A DNA stretch of 64,000 nucleotides from Guillardia theta CCMP2712 (Eukaryota > Protista > Cryptophyta), in the NCBI RefSeq assembly GCF_000315625.1, contig NW_005434646.1:124001-188000 (forward strand), read 5' to 3'. Made by a program: the position numbers and the translations under genes. This document shows positions 41,351 to 55,939 of this stretch, one piece after another (the stretch's first letter is position 1; each line of letters starts with the position of its first letter). Under the pieces are notes generated by a model. It saw only the letters and a list, made by a program, of their open reading frames with translations, did not search any database and had not been told where the DNA came from.

Positions 41351-42105
41351 TCAACTGATGTTCTTGCCGTCTCATCGCCACTTGTCTCCTCCTCCTCCTC
41401 CTCTTTCTCCTCCTCTATCTCCTCTATCTCCTCCTCAATCTCTATCTCTGCCTCCTTCTCCTTCTCCTTCTTCTCCTTCTTCTCCTTCTTCTCCTTCTTT
41501 CTCTGTGTCTTCTCTCTTGCTCATCTCTCATCTCTTTCTACCTTGTCCACCACTTCATGTTCTTTGTTGTTTTCTTTTACACGTCTTGTTGCCTCGTCGG
41601 TTCGTGAACTTCATTTCAGTTGATCGCGCTGATCTCCATGTTCCTTTGTCACTGTATCAAGCCCGTCTATGCCAAGTCTTTAGAGGATTGAATTTGCTTC
41701 CATTAATTCCATAAATAAAAGTCATATGCGCTCACCTATGACATGCTCAGCTCCTGCCTTCCGCTCCCTCAGGCCGCTACTTTCCTGCTCAATCCTCTTC
41801 GTGCTCGGAGGCTCCTCGTCCTCCTCGTCCTCCTCGTCCTCCTCCTCCGTCTAGTTCTGACTCCAGCAGCCGCCTAGTGCTGCCATGGCTGGTGCCACTC
41901 GAGTCACTGATATGACTCGCAGTGACCCGAGCCCAGGCTGTCACCGTGGCACTGGGCCGGGCACTGACAGATCGGACCCGTGATCTTCTACTTTATTTGA
42001 CGTGATAGTGACAGGGCTTGTGGGCTCGCCTCAGGTGGAGCTGCTAGAGGCGTGGTAGGGCAGGCGTGTAGACACGGGAAGAGTGTTGTACAGATCACAG
42101 CGACC

Positions 42106-43658
42106 ATGGAGGATGCGGAGGTGAAGGAGGGGGAGGAAGCGAACGACGTGGAAGAGGCAGAGACATGGGCGAGGTGGAGGAGGAGACGGGGGGTTGGGTG
42201 GAGGAGGAGAGGGATCCAGGCATCTAGAAGGGAAGAAGATGGTGAGACGGTCTTGCTGCAGGTTGTTGTGATGAACGGCAAGGAGCGCCTGAACGTGCCA
42301 TGCAAATTGAGCTCATCCTTCGGGGAGCTGAAGAGTAAGGTAGGGGACGACTCCTCTGAGCACCTGGGGGTGTTCCGCTGCCAGTGCTGAAAGGTTTCTA
42401 GATCTCGGATCTGACAGGCGTCCCAGCCTCCCATCAGAAGCTCATCCACAAGGGGAAGGTGCAGTATCACCATGCACGACAGCGCGGCTGAGGTCCATGC
42501 AGCAACCAAGAGACGTCGACACCTTGCAGGCTGCCGGAGTGAAGAGCGGAGATAAGATGATGCTCATGAAGTCGCCTTCCGCCGCCAAGGATACTGCCAT
42601 GGAGGAGTAATGCATGATCACTGTCCCCTCCTCCTCCTCCTGATGTTCCCTCCTCCTTTCCCCTCCTCCCCCTCCCAGCCAACCAACTCCTCCTCCTCAC
42701 AATGATGTCCCTTCCCCTCTGACTTGGTTGACCCCCTTTCACAGGAAGAGGCTCTTGAGCGACAAGCGCAAGCAGGAAGCAGCTGAGTCCCAAAAGCTCC
42801 GGGACGAGCACCGAGCCGGAGCTCTCGATGCACCGATGCCGTTGGACCTGAGCTGTTCGCCTGCTGTTGCTAACCTTCCTCTCAGAACTCCTGCCAGCCA
42901 ACAGCAGGCGACGACGGTGGTCGAGGACGAGAGGCTTCCTGGTGAGGCCGCGCTGCTCATCTCTCAAGGAAAGGTGAAGTACAAGGTGGCGATCGGGGAG
43001 GGGAGCCGGAGCGTGGAGGAGCTGAAGCAGAGGGTAGCGAAGCTGACGGGGGTAGACGCCAAATTCCATCGCCTCATCTACAAAGGAAAGGAGCTGAAGG
43101 ATAAGGCTAGTGTGGAAGAGCTGGGGTTGAAGGACGGAGACAAGATGCTTCTGCTCTTTGCTGAAGGACATCACAAGGCTGTTGACGAGACGGCGCTTGT
43201 TGAGGAGCTGAAGGAGGACGTGACGGTCCTTGAAGGGGACGTAGGCAAGCTCATGAAGAAGTGCGAGCACGGCTTGTTCGGCGACGATCAGAACGAAATA
43301 TCCATCCGTCTCGGAGTCCTCTGCCAGGTTTCTATCAGCTTCGCTCTTGCCCGTCGTCTGCCGTGACCTGCCTCCTCTACCTCATACCGAACTTCTTGCT
43401 CCTCTCCTCTCCTCGTCCCCTTTCTCTCATTTCTCCGTGATCTGCCTTGCTCTTCCGTGTTCCTTCCTCGTGCCATGGACTCTGTGACAACTAACGCGGG
43501 AGCAGGAAGGAGAGAGGCTCCTGGACAACATCCGATACCTCGAGCGAACGCCAGAGGGCAGGGACCTCCGGTCGTCCGCAGAGGAGAAGTTAAAATCTCT
43601 CATGCAGACGCTCGAGAGTCTGAGGATGAAGCATGTGGTCGGAGCCCATAGGAAATGA
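42106..43658 (+). CDS. Double ubiquitin-like domain + BAG-like co-chaperone
   Basis: UBL1 ..FGELKSK-ISDLTGVPASHQKLIHKGK-TLQAAGVKSGDKMMLM; UBL2 VEELKQRVAKLTGVDAKFHRLIYKGKEL..LGLKDGDKMLLL; C-terminal helical BAG-like segment. Confidence 0.75.
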
Positions 43659-43926
43659 GTTGCTGCTCCTCCTCGATAGCGTTCTCTCTCCCTACCCTTC
43701 TCCTTTCTCTCTCTCTCTCTCTCTCTCACCCTCTCCCTCTCTCCCTCAGCTCTTCCATTCGGGCGCATACAGAACATTCAATTTTACTGAGCTCTAGACA
43801 AGCAGACGCTTCTCAGCTGTGGGCGAGAAGCCACGGCGTCTCTAGAGCCTCAGCTCTAGTCACGTCACACCAATACGAGTAACTCACCCTCAGACAAGCA
43901 GACGGGGCATGCGACTTTACCTGCCC

Positions 43927-46263
<2,337 letters not shown>

Positions 46264-47035
46264 AACTGTCAAAATCCTTGGTTTGACCGCGGGTGACAAG
46301 ATCGAACAAAGTTTCAAGATCAATCAAAGATACCCAAGTCTACTGCGAAGTCTTGATTCATATCAGAACTAGTAGAAACATCTTCGGCGGGTAAGCAAAG
46401 CTTTCGGCCCTCCACTCCAAAGCAGTGAAATTCTTCTTAAAACTGATTGGACCTTTAGAGATCACTTTTGCTCCCCGGAACAACAGGCTTGTTTCATGAT
46501 ATCCTCTGTGATAGACCACCAATCTTTCGCTCACACAATTCAATGATCAAAGTATTCGCTCTCTCAACAAGGTCCCCTTGGGCCATCTTTCATGGTTCTC
46601 CTGTCTCGCTCTATTTCTTCAACCTTCTTTCCTCTCGCTCTCTCTCTCTTCTTGCTCTTCTTCTCTCCTCCTCCTCCTCCCTCATCTCCCCCCTTCAGCG
46701 CTCCTGTTGTCCATTCCAACAGAGCCACTCAAATCCACCCACCCTCGTCCTCCGGCTCAAAACCTACTCTTGTGAGTACCCTACCCCACTTTTTGATGAC
46801 CTCATGGCTTCAAACCGACCCCCTCGCTCTATTTTCAAGAATATACCACCCTACCCATGTACTATTCCACACTTGCCCGGCGTTGCCCGGGATTTACTCA
46901 CTTCAAAAACATCAACCGCTGCAAATTTCATACCTCTGAGCCTCGGAGCGCCTCTGCAACAAACTGGCAAGAAATTGTTAGGGAGTCTCCTTGAAAACAG
47001 CTTGACAAGCTCGAAACTTGTGTAGAGTGTGAAGC

Positions 47036-49411
47036 TTAGACAAGCCCATTGCTGTCATGGAACGAAGAGCACCCTTCAAACGACGAGTCTGTCTTTACCT
47101 TCTTCACTCTCCCGTTGCTCGTGGCATCCGCTGACTCCGAGGCCTCCCCCAAGGCCCTCTTCTTCGCAGATTCCAGCTCTCCATGCTCGTCTTCCAGCCG
47201 CATCCCTTCGAACTTCGACTGGGAGTAATACTCCTTCTTCACCCATTCCGGCAAGGCCCTCCGCTTCACCACCTGCACCCTGTCAAATCAGCCAGCCACG
47301 AGGGCAGTCGGTTAGGCCATACCTTGATCGAGATGCTGGTTTGAGTTGGATCTGTTATGTGTATCCCCAATAGGAACTCCTTCACCTGACAAGAAATTGG
47401 CAGTTGATACACGAGCGCTTCACACGGAAAGAAGGAAAGGGAGTAGCAGGAGGAGGGAGGTAGAAGAGAGGGAGGAGAAGGTGAATCGCCCCGTGGGAAC
47501 ATCGCCGAGCGAAGAGAAATGGATGAACATACGGGCTGGGTAAAGTCGACGCTCTGTCCTGACGCTTTCATGTGCCTGACGAGATTGTCGTCGAACTTCA
47601 GCCCTAGGTAGAAGAAAATGTTCTGCCAAGGGCCGTCCTCGGGGTCCCCTGACGACAACAAGGTTCACTGGCTTCACCGGGCCCGTTCCTTGAGGCATCA
47701 CCTCCTCCCAGATGCTCCGCTGGTATGGGCCCGAAGTGCCGCGTGCAAGGATGAACGATATACAGCCCTAATTGACTAGTCTTCGCACCCAAAACCACCC
47801 AGACATCCAAACATCACAAACGCAGCTGAAAAAGACAATCGCAGCACCGTCAGTTTCTCTACTAGCTTCCGTATCTGAGACTCGACATATCCAGAGAAAG
47901 CTTCAATATGCTTCTCTGAGCCAAGTACTTCGATCTTTACAACCACAGATGAGTTTGAATTCGACCCTTCACATGCAAATCCATCACCTGCACAAAGGTC
48001 CCATACTGTTTGAAGAACATCGCAGGTTCAAACAGATCATTGTACGAGGACTAAGGCACAAGGTAAGTATGCAATCAAGACAGCAGATGCAGGCTTGCAC
48101 TACTTCGCCTTGAGCCAGCCCTTGTGTCAAGCTGTTTGCTCTGGAGATTTCATTCCTAATCACGTTGAGCGCTGAATCTGTGACGTTGAACGTTGAGTTG
48201 TCCATGGGGTACGTCGGGGTGATGACGGTGAGAGGACGTCTGCGAGCAGGTCAGTGATGGCAGCTGGAGCACGGGAGCAATCTTCATGCCTTGAAAAATG
48301 ACGTCTGGTAGGATCCCACGCATGCAGGTTATACCGTTCTTGGCCGTCCGGAGCCTGACACTCCTCCGGAGGGGCGACGATGATGGCGTCTTCGAACTTC
48401 CAGTGCTGTCAAGCGAAGAAGCAATCTTCAGCTCGCCTGCAAAAAAACCGCGATAGATACCTTGTACAAGTGGAAGAACTTCTCCAGCAGAAGCGAAGGA
48501 CACATCTTGGGGTAGAGCTGCGCCACCTGTGCTGCCATTATCCCCCATGCTACCCCACCTGGAAACCCAATCTTGTCGAGATGAGGGTCAAAGGCTGTCG
48601 AGCTGGAGTATTGCGACTTTCACTCACAATTTTCGAGTAGATCTCCCTGCGACGAGCCCAGAGCTTGATCGCTCGCAGCAGGACTTTGAAGTTCTCGATG
48701 TTGGGAACTCGTTGCAACAACTCGTACGTCACTCGCGGCCCGTTCAGGCAAGTGATCTGGACAACGTCAGCCTCGACAGACTCACATTGATTGCCAGCTC
48801 ACATCCTTCGTGTCCTCAATCCTCAAAAGATGACGGTCCAGAGCAATGTTCAAATCGGGAGGAATCGACCCGCAAGGCATGCGGACCATGCCCAAGTCGA
48901 TGTCGAAGCCGCAATACTGAAACTTGATCACAGGAGCAAAGGCATCTGCCAATGACTTGATGCATGTGATGCCTTCAACCTCTGCTAGCTTTGCAGGTAC
49001 TCGAGAGAAGAACTCCGATCGGTTGACGACCTCTGGTATGATACACAGCAGGTCGATGTCGGAGTCGTGAGAATGTACCCCCAGGCAATAAGAGCCGAAT
49101 GGTGCAACCCTGCATGAGCAATCGAAATCCAGCGAGATGTTCTTCGTCTTGCAGATCTCGCAAGTCCAGGTCTTCATAATCTTCTCGATGTTTTCCAGAG
49201 CCTGCTCTCTTCTCTTGTTGCATTCCTTGTCTTCATACGCCCCAAGTTGTTTCAAAGTCTCCATCAGCTTATCATTCAGCTGCATGTCGGCTACAGAGGG
49301 ACCATCGAACGAGAGTGGCTGTGCTTTCTTGTTTACTTTGTACTCGATCTTCTTCTCCTCCCCCAGGCCTTTATAGATCCATCTCATCGCGTCGGCCTCG
49401 TCCTCGGACAT
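47036..49411 (-). CDS. PAP: Canonical-type poly(A) polymerase, copy B (tandem duplicate)
   Basis: Same motifs and introns as copy A, offset 3148 nt; catalytic GS and DxD intact. Confidence 0.93.
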
Positions 49412-49841
49412 GATCGGTCGTTTCCTACCTCCGGAGTCCCTTGTCCACCGCACCACCCTACCAGTGTGCTGGGCACCACCCACCTCCTCTGGTGCGTTTG
49501 CTGGGATACGGCCCCCGAATGATACAAATTCTTTACTCACTAAATTTAACTAAAGTTATCCCCCTTCTGTCGAAACCGCTGTAACGTCTGTGTTTGAAAG
49601 TATGCAAACAGACTTTCAAACTTCAAAGTTTAGGCACCGCAACTTGATCCCACCCCCCCCATTCCCCCATTTGATCTCTCATTCGCACCCCTTCTGCACC
49701 ACCCCTCTCCTCTCACTCCCTTTGGCCTCGCGGACCCCCTATGGTCCTGCGTAGACCACCCCTTCAATGCCCAAGCTCGTGTTTAGGGAAGAAAAAGGTC
49801 AACTTAAAAAAAAGTTGCTCCTGCTCGTGCAGTCGGTCGCC
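49412..49841. promoter_or_regulatory. Probable bidirectional promoter between PAP copy B and RPL13a
   Basis: 430-nt head-to-head spacer with C-run/CACCC motifs and AT-rich elements (TAAATTTAACTAAA, CTTAAAAAAAAG). Confidence 0.55.
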
Positions 49842-51129
49842 ATGTTCGAGCCTACCGTCGTCGTTGACTGCCGCGGTCACCTGCTGGGAAGGCTTGCGAG
49901 CATCATCGCTAAGGAGGTACCTCCAGCCAGCCTCCGAGAGACGATCAGAGCTTGATAAGTTCGTTGGGGAGGGGGGAAAGCGACGGGTCGAGGGAGGTCG
50001 AGGGAGGTCGAGGGGGTGCCATGTCTTGTTTCACTTGTCTTGCTCCTTCCGTCCTCTCAGTGCGAGTTCGATCCCGAGGAGCTGTGTTGATGAACGAGCA
50101 CGTGAGGAGTTCATATCTGTGATGTGTGTGAAGAGACGCAGGATACGGTGGAACAGAGATTTGTTCTGAAAGGGCAGGAGGTGCTGAAAGGCAGGCAGAA
50201 GATGTGTATGCGTGCAACGCTCGTTGTGTGTTCATGGCTTCCTGTCATGAGATCCTCTCACAAATATGTTTTCCATGCGTTTCAAAACTTTTTCCTAGAG
50301 TGCTAACTCTTTCTCAACAGCTTCTCAATGGCCAGAGGGTTGTGCTTGTCCGCTGCGAGGAGGTCAACATCAGCGGGGCCTTCATTCGCAACAAGCTTCT
50401 CTTCATGTCCTACCTGAGGAAGAGGAAGAACTCCAACCCTTCGTCCGGCCCCTACCACTTCCGTGCCCCGTACGTACTCGCCTTCCCCTTCCTCCCTCCT
50501 GACTAGTTTCCGACCAGCTCGCGCATGGTGTGGAGAACTATCCGTGCTATGATGAAGCACAAGACTCCCCGCTGCCAGGCTGCCCTCGACCGCCTCAAGG
50601 TGAAGGAGCAGGAGGGAGAGAGTCAGAGGCTCACGAGTTCCCGCAGGTGTTCGACGGAGTCCCCCCCCCATACGACAAGGTTAAGAGGATGGTGATGCCG
50701 GACGCCCTCCGCGTCCTCAGGCTCCGGCCCGGACGCAAGTACACCAACCTCGGGAGAATGTGCAGCGAAGTTGGATGGAAGCACAGGGACACCGTGCTTG
50801 AGTTGGAGGAGAAGCGCAAAGTCAAGGGAGCGGCTTACTGGGCTAAGAAGAAGGAGGCCATCAAGGTCTGTTAGCTCGCTCGCTCCTCGCTCAGCTGACC
50901 TTGTTTTCTCCGTCCTCGCTTCTCCGCGTTTTCAGATCCGCAGAAAAGCCCTCCAGACTGCGGTACTTGCTGACCGTTGCCTGCCGGCTCCGTGAAGTTG
51001 ACGATGAGTTGCAGGCTAAGGATCCCAAGGTGCAGAAGATGCAGAAGATTCTTGATATTGTTGAGAACCCTAGGTAAGACTGTCAGTCTGTACTGCCCGG
51101 CTCTGACTCTCAGCCCTTTCAGCATTTAA
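49842..51129 (+). CDS. RPL13A: 60S ribosomal protein L13a (uL13)
   Basis: [25 protein letters not shown] / [27 protein letters not shown] / SRMVWRTIR / [11 protein letters not shown]..; introns 49917-50320, 50470-50517, 50600-50646, 50866-50935 and two more; stop TAA 51129. Confidence 0.97.
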
Positions 51130-51205
51130 TGTTAAGATTTGTTGATGTGTTGATATGCTTCTAGCGATCGAATGAAGTTTGGGGGGTCTTTATGAAATTT
51201 CGTCT

Positions 51206-54200
51206 CTATTGTTCACCACAACATCTGAAACCTTCACAATACAACCTATCACGTAGATGCGCGATGTTACCATCCTTGTCATGCCGGATCATGGGAGGAG
51301 ATCCTGCTCTGTGACAAGCCAGACTCGAAAGGATCGTACGAAGGGCTCCATGCTTCGTCATCCTCAACAGGTTGCTTGCTCCTCTTCGTCTTCTTCCGCG
51401 GCTTCCTATCTCCTGCTCCAACTGGGTCATTCCCTGACGCACAACAACAAGAAATCCTCTACCTGCATCCTCGATGGAGTAGTCCAACGAGAGCTCATAC
51501 ATCCCACCTTGCTCGTCTTCTACTTCCTCCCGCTGTTCAGCAACCTTGCTCAGCGCTCTCTCCCTCCTGTGGTAGGTCTTCGACCCACAGTCTACGGCCT
51601 TGCGGCGGCTCTTGTTGTGCAGCAGCGCAGCCTCGAACTCCTCCCTTGCCTTGAGGTGCATCGCCACCTTGCCGCTGAGTTCGTCTGAGGAGCTGCTGAG
51701 GTTGCGAAGGATCTGGCGGAGGTATGCTAACTTCTCCTCAGACGGGCCGACCTTGGGCCACTCCCAGAAGGGGATGGCATGGAACTTGTAGCCGATCTGC
51801 TCCAGGTGCCGGTGCTTCATCTTGGTGCTGCCAGACCGCTCGTAGGAGTTGAGGAGGAAGTGGAAGGGCCCGTCGACCTCCAGCGCGCAGCCGAGGGAGG
51901 GCATGAGGATGTCGAGGGAGTACCCGACGGAGAGGTCGATGAACTCCTCTGTGCAAGTCACTCCGAGCTGCTCCATGTGGTCCACCACGTCCGTCTGCAG
52001 GCGGGAGGAGGTGACCTCGGAGAGGAAGCGGCTGTAGAGCGCCTGCCGAGCGGTGGACGGGGAGATGCTCACCAGCGGCTGGTTGGAGGTCAGGGTTACG
52101 CCGGTCTCGTTGAGCGCACAGAGCACAAGGTTGGTAGCTGCTGCACGCACGAGCTGCTCCCAGCTCATGGTCTCCGACGCTGCTCTCCCCCTCCCTCCTC
52201 CCTTGCTGGGGGCCGGGAGCGAGATTTTCTCCTCGCCAGCCGCGTCAGCGTACAGCAGGTCGTGGAGACTCTGAGTGACGGAGACGCCTGGGGGGAGCAG
52301 GCGGTCGAGCTCGAGGGTGAGGAGGAGCTGGTGGACCTGGCGGAGGCAAGTCCAGCTCATCTCGTGGATGCGAGAGGAGGCGGTTCGACGGCACCACTCG
52401 AGCAGGTGCTGGTCGTCGATCTGGAGCACAGCTGAGCTCCAGCAGATGTTGGCGATGCCCTGGTCCTCGTCCCCGAGGAATCTGATGCGCGAGACCATCT
52501 GGCAGGCTTGACGCACGAGCGCATCGTCCCGGATGTCCAGCACAGCCAACGCGTGCATCACGTTGGAAGCCGCCTGAGCCTCCATGGGCTCCTCCTCCTC
52601 CAGCGCGATCGCGACCCGCTTGAAAAGATGGCGCACAAGGTCCACGTCCCTCAGCGTCGCGCGTGCCAGCGCGTTCATGACGTTGGCGACGTTCTGGATG
52701 TCGAGCAGCAGGGGGTCGATGCGCTTGGCTGCGGAGGCGAGGTGAAGGAAGAGGGCGTCGATGTCGACGTGGCAGTCCTGGTCAGAGAGGTCTTTCTGCA
52801 CCCTCGAGTAAGCGTTGAGGATGTTGGCGACCGCCTGCGCGTTGAAGTCCTCGAGGGGGATGAGCTGGGCGGCGAAGGCGAGGTGCTCGAAGACCTTGAC
52901 GTCCACCTGGTCGAGCTTGGCGAAGGCGTTGACGATGTTGCTGATCGCCTGAGCGTTAAAGTCGCTCTGGGCGTCGAGGAAGAGGATGACAACAGCCATG
53001 AAGTCCATGAGGTACTTGCGCGTCTCCTCCTCCACGTCCAGCCTCATGTACGCGTGCACGATGTTGCTCGTGGCTTGCGCGTCGAAGAGGTCAGGGTGCA
53101 TCTGCTGGACAATGAGAGAGAGGTGCTCGAGGAGACGGCGATCGTTGATGTCCATCCTTGCAAAGGCGTTGGTGATGATGGCGATGTTCTGAGCATCGAA
53201 GACTCCCTCGTACAAGTGGACGGGGGTAGAGCAGATAATGGAGGACAGGTGCCGGAATGCCTGCTCCATCCGGCTCCTCTCCAGCAGCTCGAGCTCGTTC
53301 AGCCTTGCAAGCGCGTTGAGGTAGTTGGAGCAGCTCTGCCCGTTCCACTCGCTGCTGGGCAGTTCGCATCCCACCTGCACCAGGTGCTCGTACAGAAGCT
53401 CGTCCTTCCAGTCGCTCTTGGCGTACGCGGCGGTGATGAGGACGAGGTTCTGACCGTTGAACGCCAGCGCGCTCGTCTCCTTGATGCGGCTAGAGAAGTA
53501 GGAGGGTATCTTGCTTGTTGGGAAGAAGGAGGAGCGAGAGATGGTGTGTAGGATGCTGGCCATGATCGTCAGGTCGAACTGGTCGAGAGGAAGGAGGACG
53601 CCGACTGACTCGAAGAACACAGCGAGCTCCTCGTCGAAGTAGTTGGCCCGCGTGAAGGCGCTGAGGAGGAGGGTGAAGGAGCTGGGGTCGAGCTCGGAGG
53701 GTGTCAGGTGGCAGGTGAGGAAGGCAAGGTGAGAAAAGATGGAAGAGGGATCGTCCTCCTTCTCGAGCTCCTCCTCCTCTCCGTCTCGATCGACGAGCTG
53801 CAGGAACTTGGAGTAGGCGAAGATAACGTTGCCGAGCGCATGAGGGTTGGAGGTTTCTGGGGTGATGCGGCGGAGCATGCGAGCGAGGTAGCGCATGGCA
53901 TCGACGGCGAGAGGATCGTCGTCGAACATCTCGACCTGAATGCACGTGAGCAGGAAAAGAGGGGAGAGAAAGAGAAGGAGGGAGGGAGGGAGGGAGGGAG
54001 AGAGGGAGAGGGAGAGGGAGAGGGAGGGGGAGAGAGAGGGGGAGGGGGAGGGGGAGAGAGAGGGAGAGGGAGCGAGAAAGGGGGAGAGAAAGGGGGAGAG
54101 GGGAGAAAGGAGGAGCAGGAACACAGACCTTGACTATGGCAGTCATGAGGACGGCAATGTTCTGGAAGTCAGAGGCCGAGAAGCTCGTGCAGAGGATCAT

Positions 54201-55427
54201 CTCAAAGATGAAGTGGAAGAGATGCTCGCTGAAGATCTCGAAGCGCGAGTAGGCGTTGGCGATGAGAGCGAGGTTCTGGGGCTCGAAGGAGGAGGGAGAG
54301 AGGGTTGTTGCGACTGAGTTGAGGAAGGAGAAGAGGGGCCGGTCGATCTCTGCCTTGCGGATGTATGCGTTTGCGATGACGCCGATCGCCTGCAAGAATG
54401 TTGGATGAGAATGAGAGAGGGGAGGAGGACAGGAGGGGGAGTAGCAGACACAGGGGGGGAAGAAGAGGAGGAGGAAGAGGAGGAGTAAGAGGCAGGAACA
54501 CGAAAAGTGGAGGGGACCGTTGGGAAAGAAGGAGAAGGAGGAACAGAAGACGAGGAGGAGAGGAGGAGAGGAGGAGAGGAGGAGGAGCGAATGAGGAGCA
54601 GCAGGAGGAGCAGGAGGAGGAGGACCTGGCCGTTGTAAGCAGAGGGATCGATGGTCAAAGCGAGGGAGGAGAGGAAGGAGAACAGCTTCTCGTCCTCTAT
54701 CTCTGCTTTGATGAAGGAGTTGACGATGTTGGCGATGGCCTGTGGCTGAAACATGTGCGCAGGAAGCGACTGAGTGATGCGAGAGAGAAAGCAGAAGAGC
54801 TCCTCGTCCACTGCATGCTCAGTCAGCGACCAAGAAGATGGAGGAGTGATGGAGGAGGGGAAAGGAGAGAAAGGAGGAGGAGATGGAGATGGAGGAAATG
54901 GAGGAGGAGGAGGAGGATTAGAGCATGGACAAGGAATCAGGGAGGAAGGAGGTAGAAGAGGAGCAGTCAGTCCTACTTTCTTCCAACTTGGCGTAGGCAT
55001 TGAGGATGCTGCTGATGGACTGACAGATGAAATCGTCAAGCGAGCAACGAGACAGGCATGAGATTTGGAGGAGGCGAAAGACGAGAAGACGAGAAGAAGG
55101 ATAAGACGGAGGATGAGACGGTGGATGAGGAACACGAGGAGAAAGGCCAGAAGGAGAAGGATGAAGGGGAAGAGGAGGACATGGTGGTGGTGGAAGAGGA
55201 GGAGAAGGGGGAGGAAGACGAAAGGTTTCAAACGCGCCTGTGCGCTGAAGTCGGAAGGGTCTCTATCAAGTATTCTTTCCTTGAGCATGTCGAGCAGCTA
55301 GCAGGAACAAGATTCCAGTCAGGGGGTGAAGTTGGAAGGGGGAGGTTGACAGTACCTCCTTGTCTTTCAGTTCTGTCTTCGCCATCGCATTGACGATGTT
55401 GGAAATGGCCTTGAAGAGATGTCATAT

Positions 55428-55470
<43 letters not shown>

Positions 55471-55907
55471 GNNNNNNNNNNNNNNNNNNNNNNNNNNNNN
55501 NNNNNNNNNNNNNNNNNNNNNNNNNNNNNNNNNNNNNNNNNNNNNNNNNNNNNNNNNNNNNNNNNNNNNNNGGGAGGAAGTAGAACTTCCTGTGCGTTGG
55601 TGTTCCCAGCCTTCATGGTCTTGACAACGTGAAACAGGCGGAAGAAAACTTCATAAGAGCCGAGATCCAACTTAGCGTATGCGTTCAAGACCAGCGCCAG
55701 GGCCTGAACCAGCGAATGAGGTGATGAAGATGAGGGGGAGGAGGAGGAGAGGGAAAGCGAAGAGTTGAGGAGGATGGAGACAAGTAGTTGATCGAGCTCA
55801 TGACCTGAGCTTCCCATTTGTCGTCGGGGGTGGAAAGAATCAAACCCTCGAAATGATTGAAGATAGTCTCATCCTTTATCTGCACGAGAACAGTTGAGCA
55901 GGAAGAG

Positions 55908-55939
<32 letters not shown>

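Noticed and set aside
50061-50080. tRNA T-loop-like GTTCGATCC
   Set aside because: Flanks do not form a T-stem and there is no cloverleaf
52508-53551. 347-aa plus-strand ORF (also 33662..34651 and 42467..43270 on the minus strand)
   Set aside because: Antisense shadows of high-GC3 genes on the opposite strand
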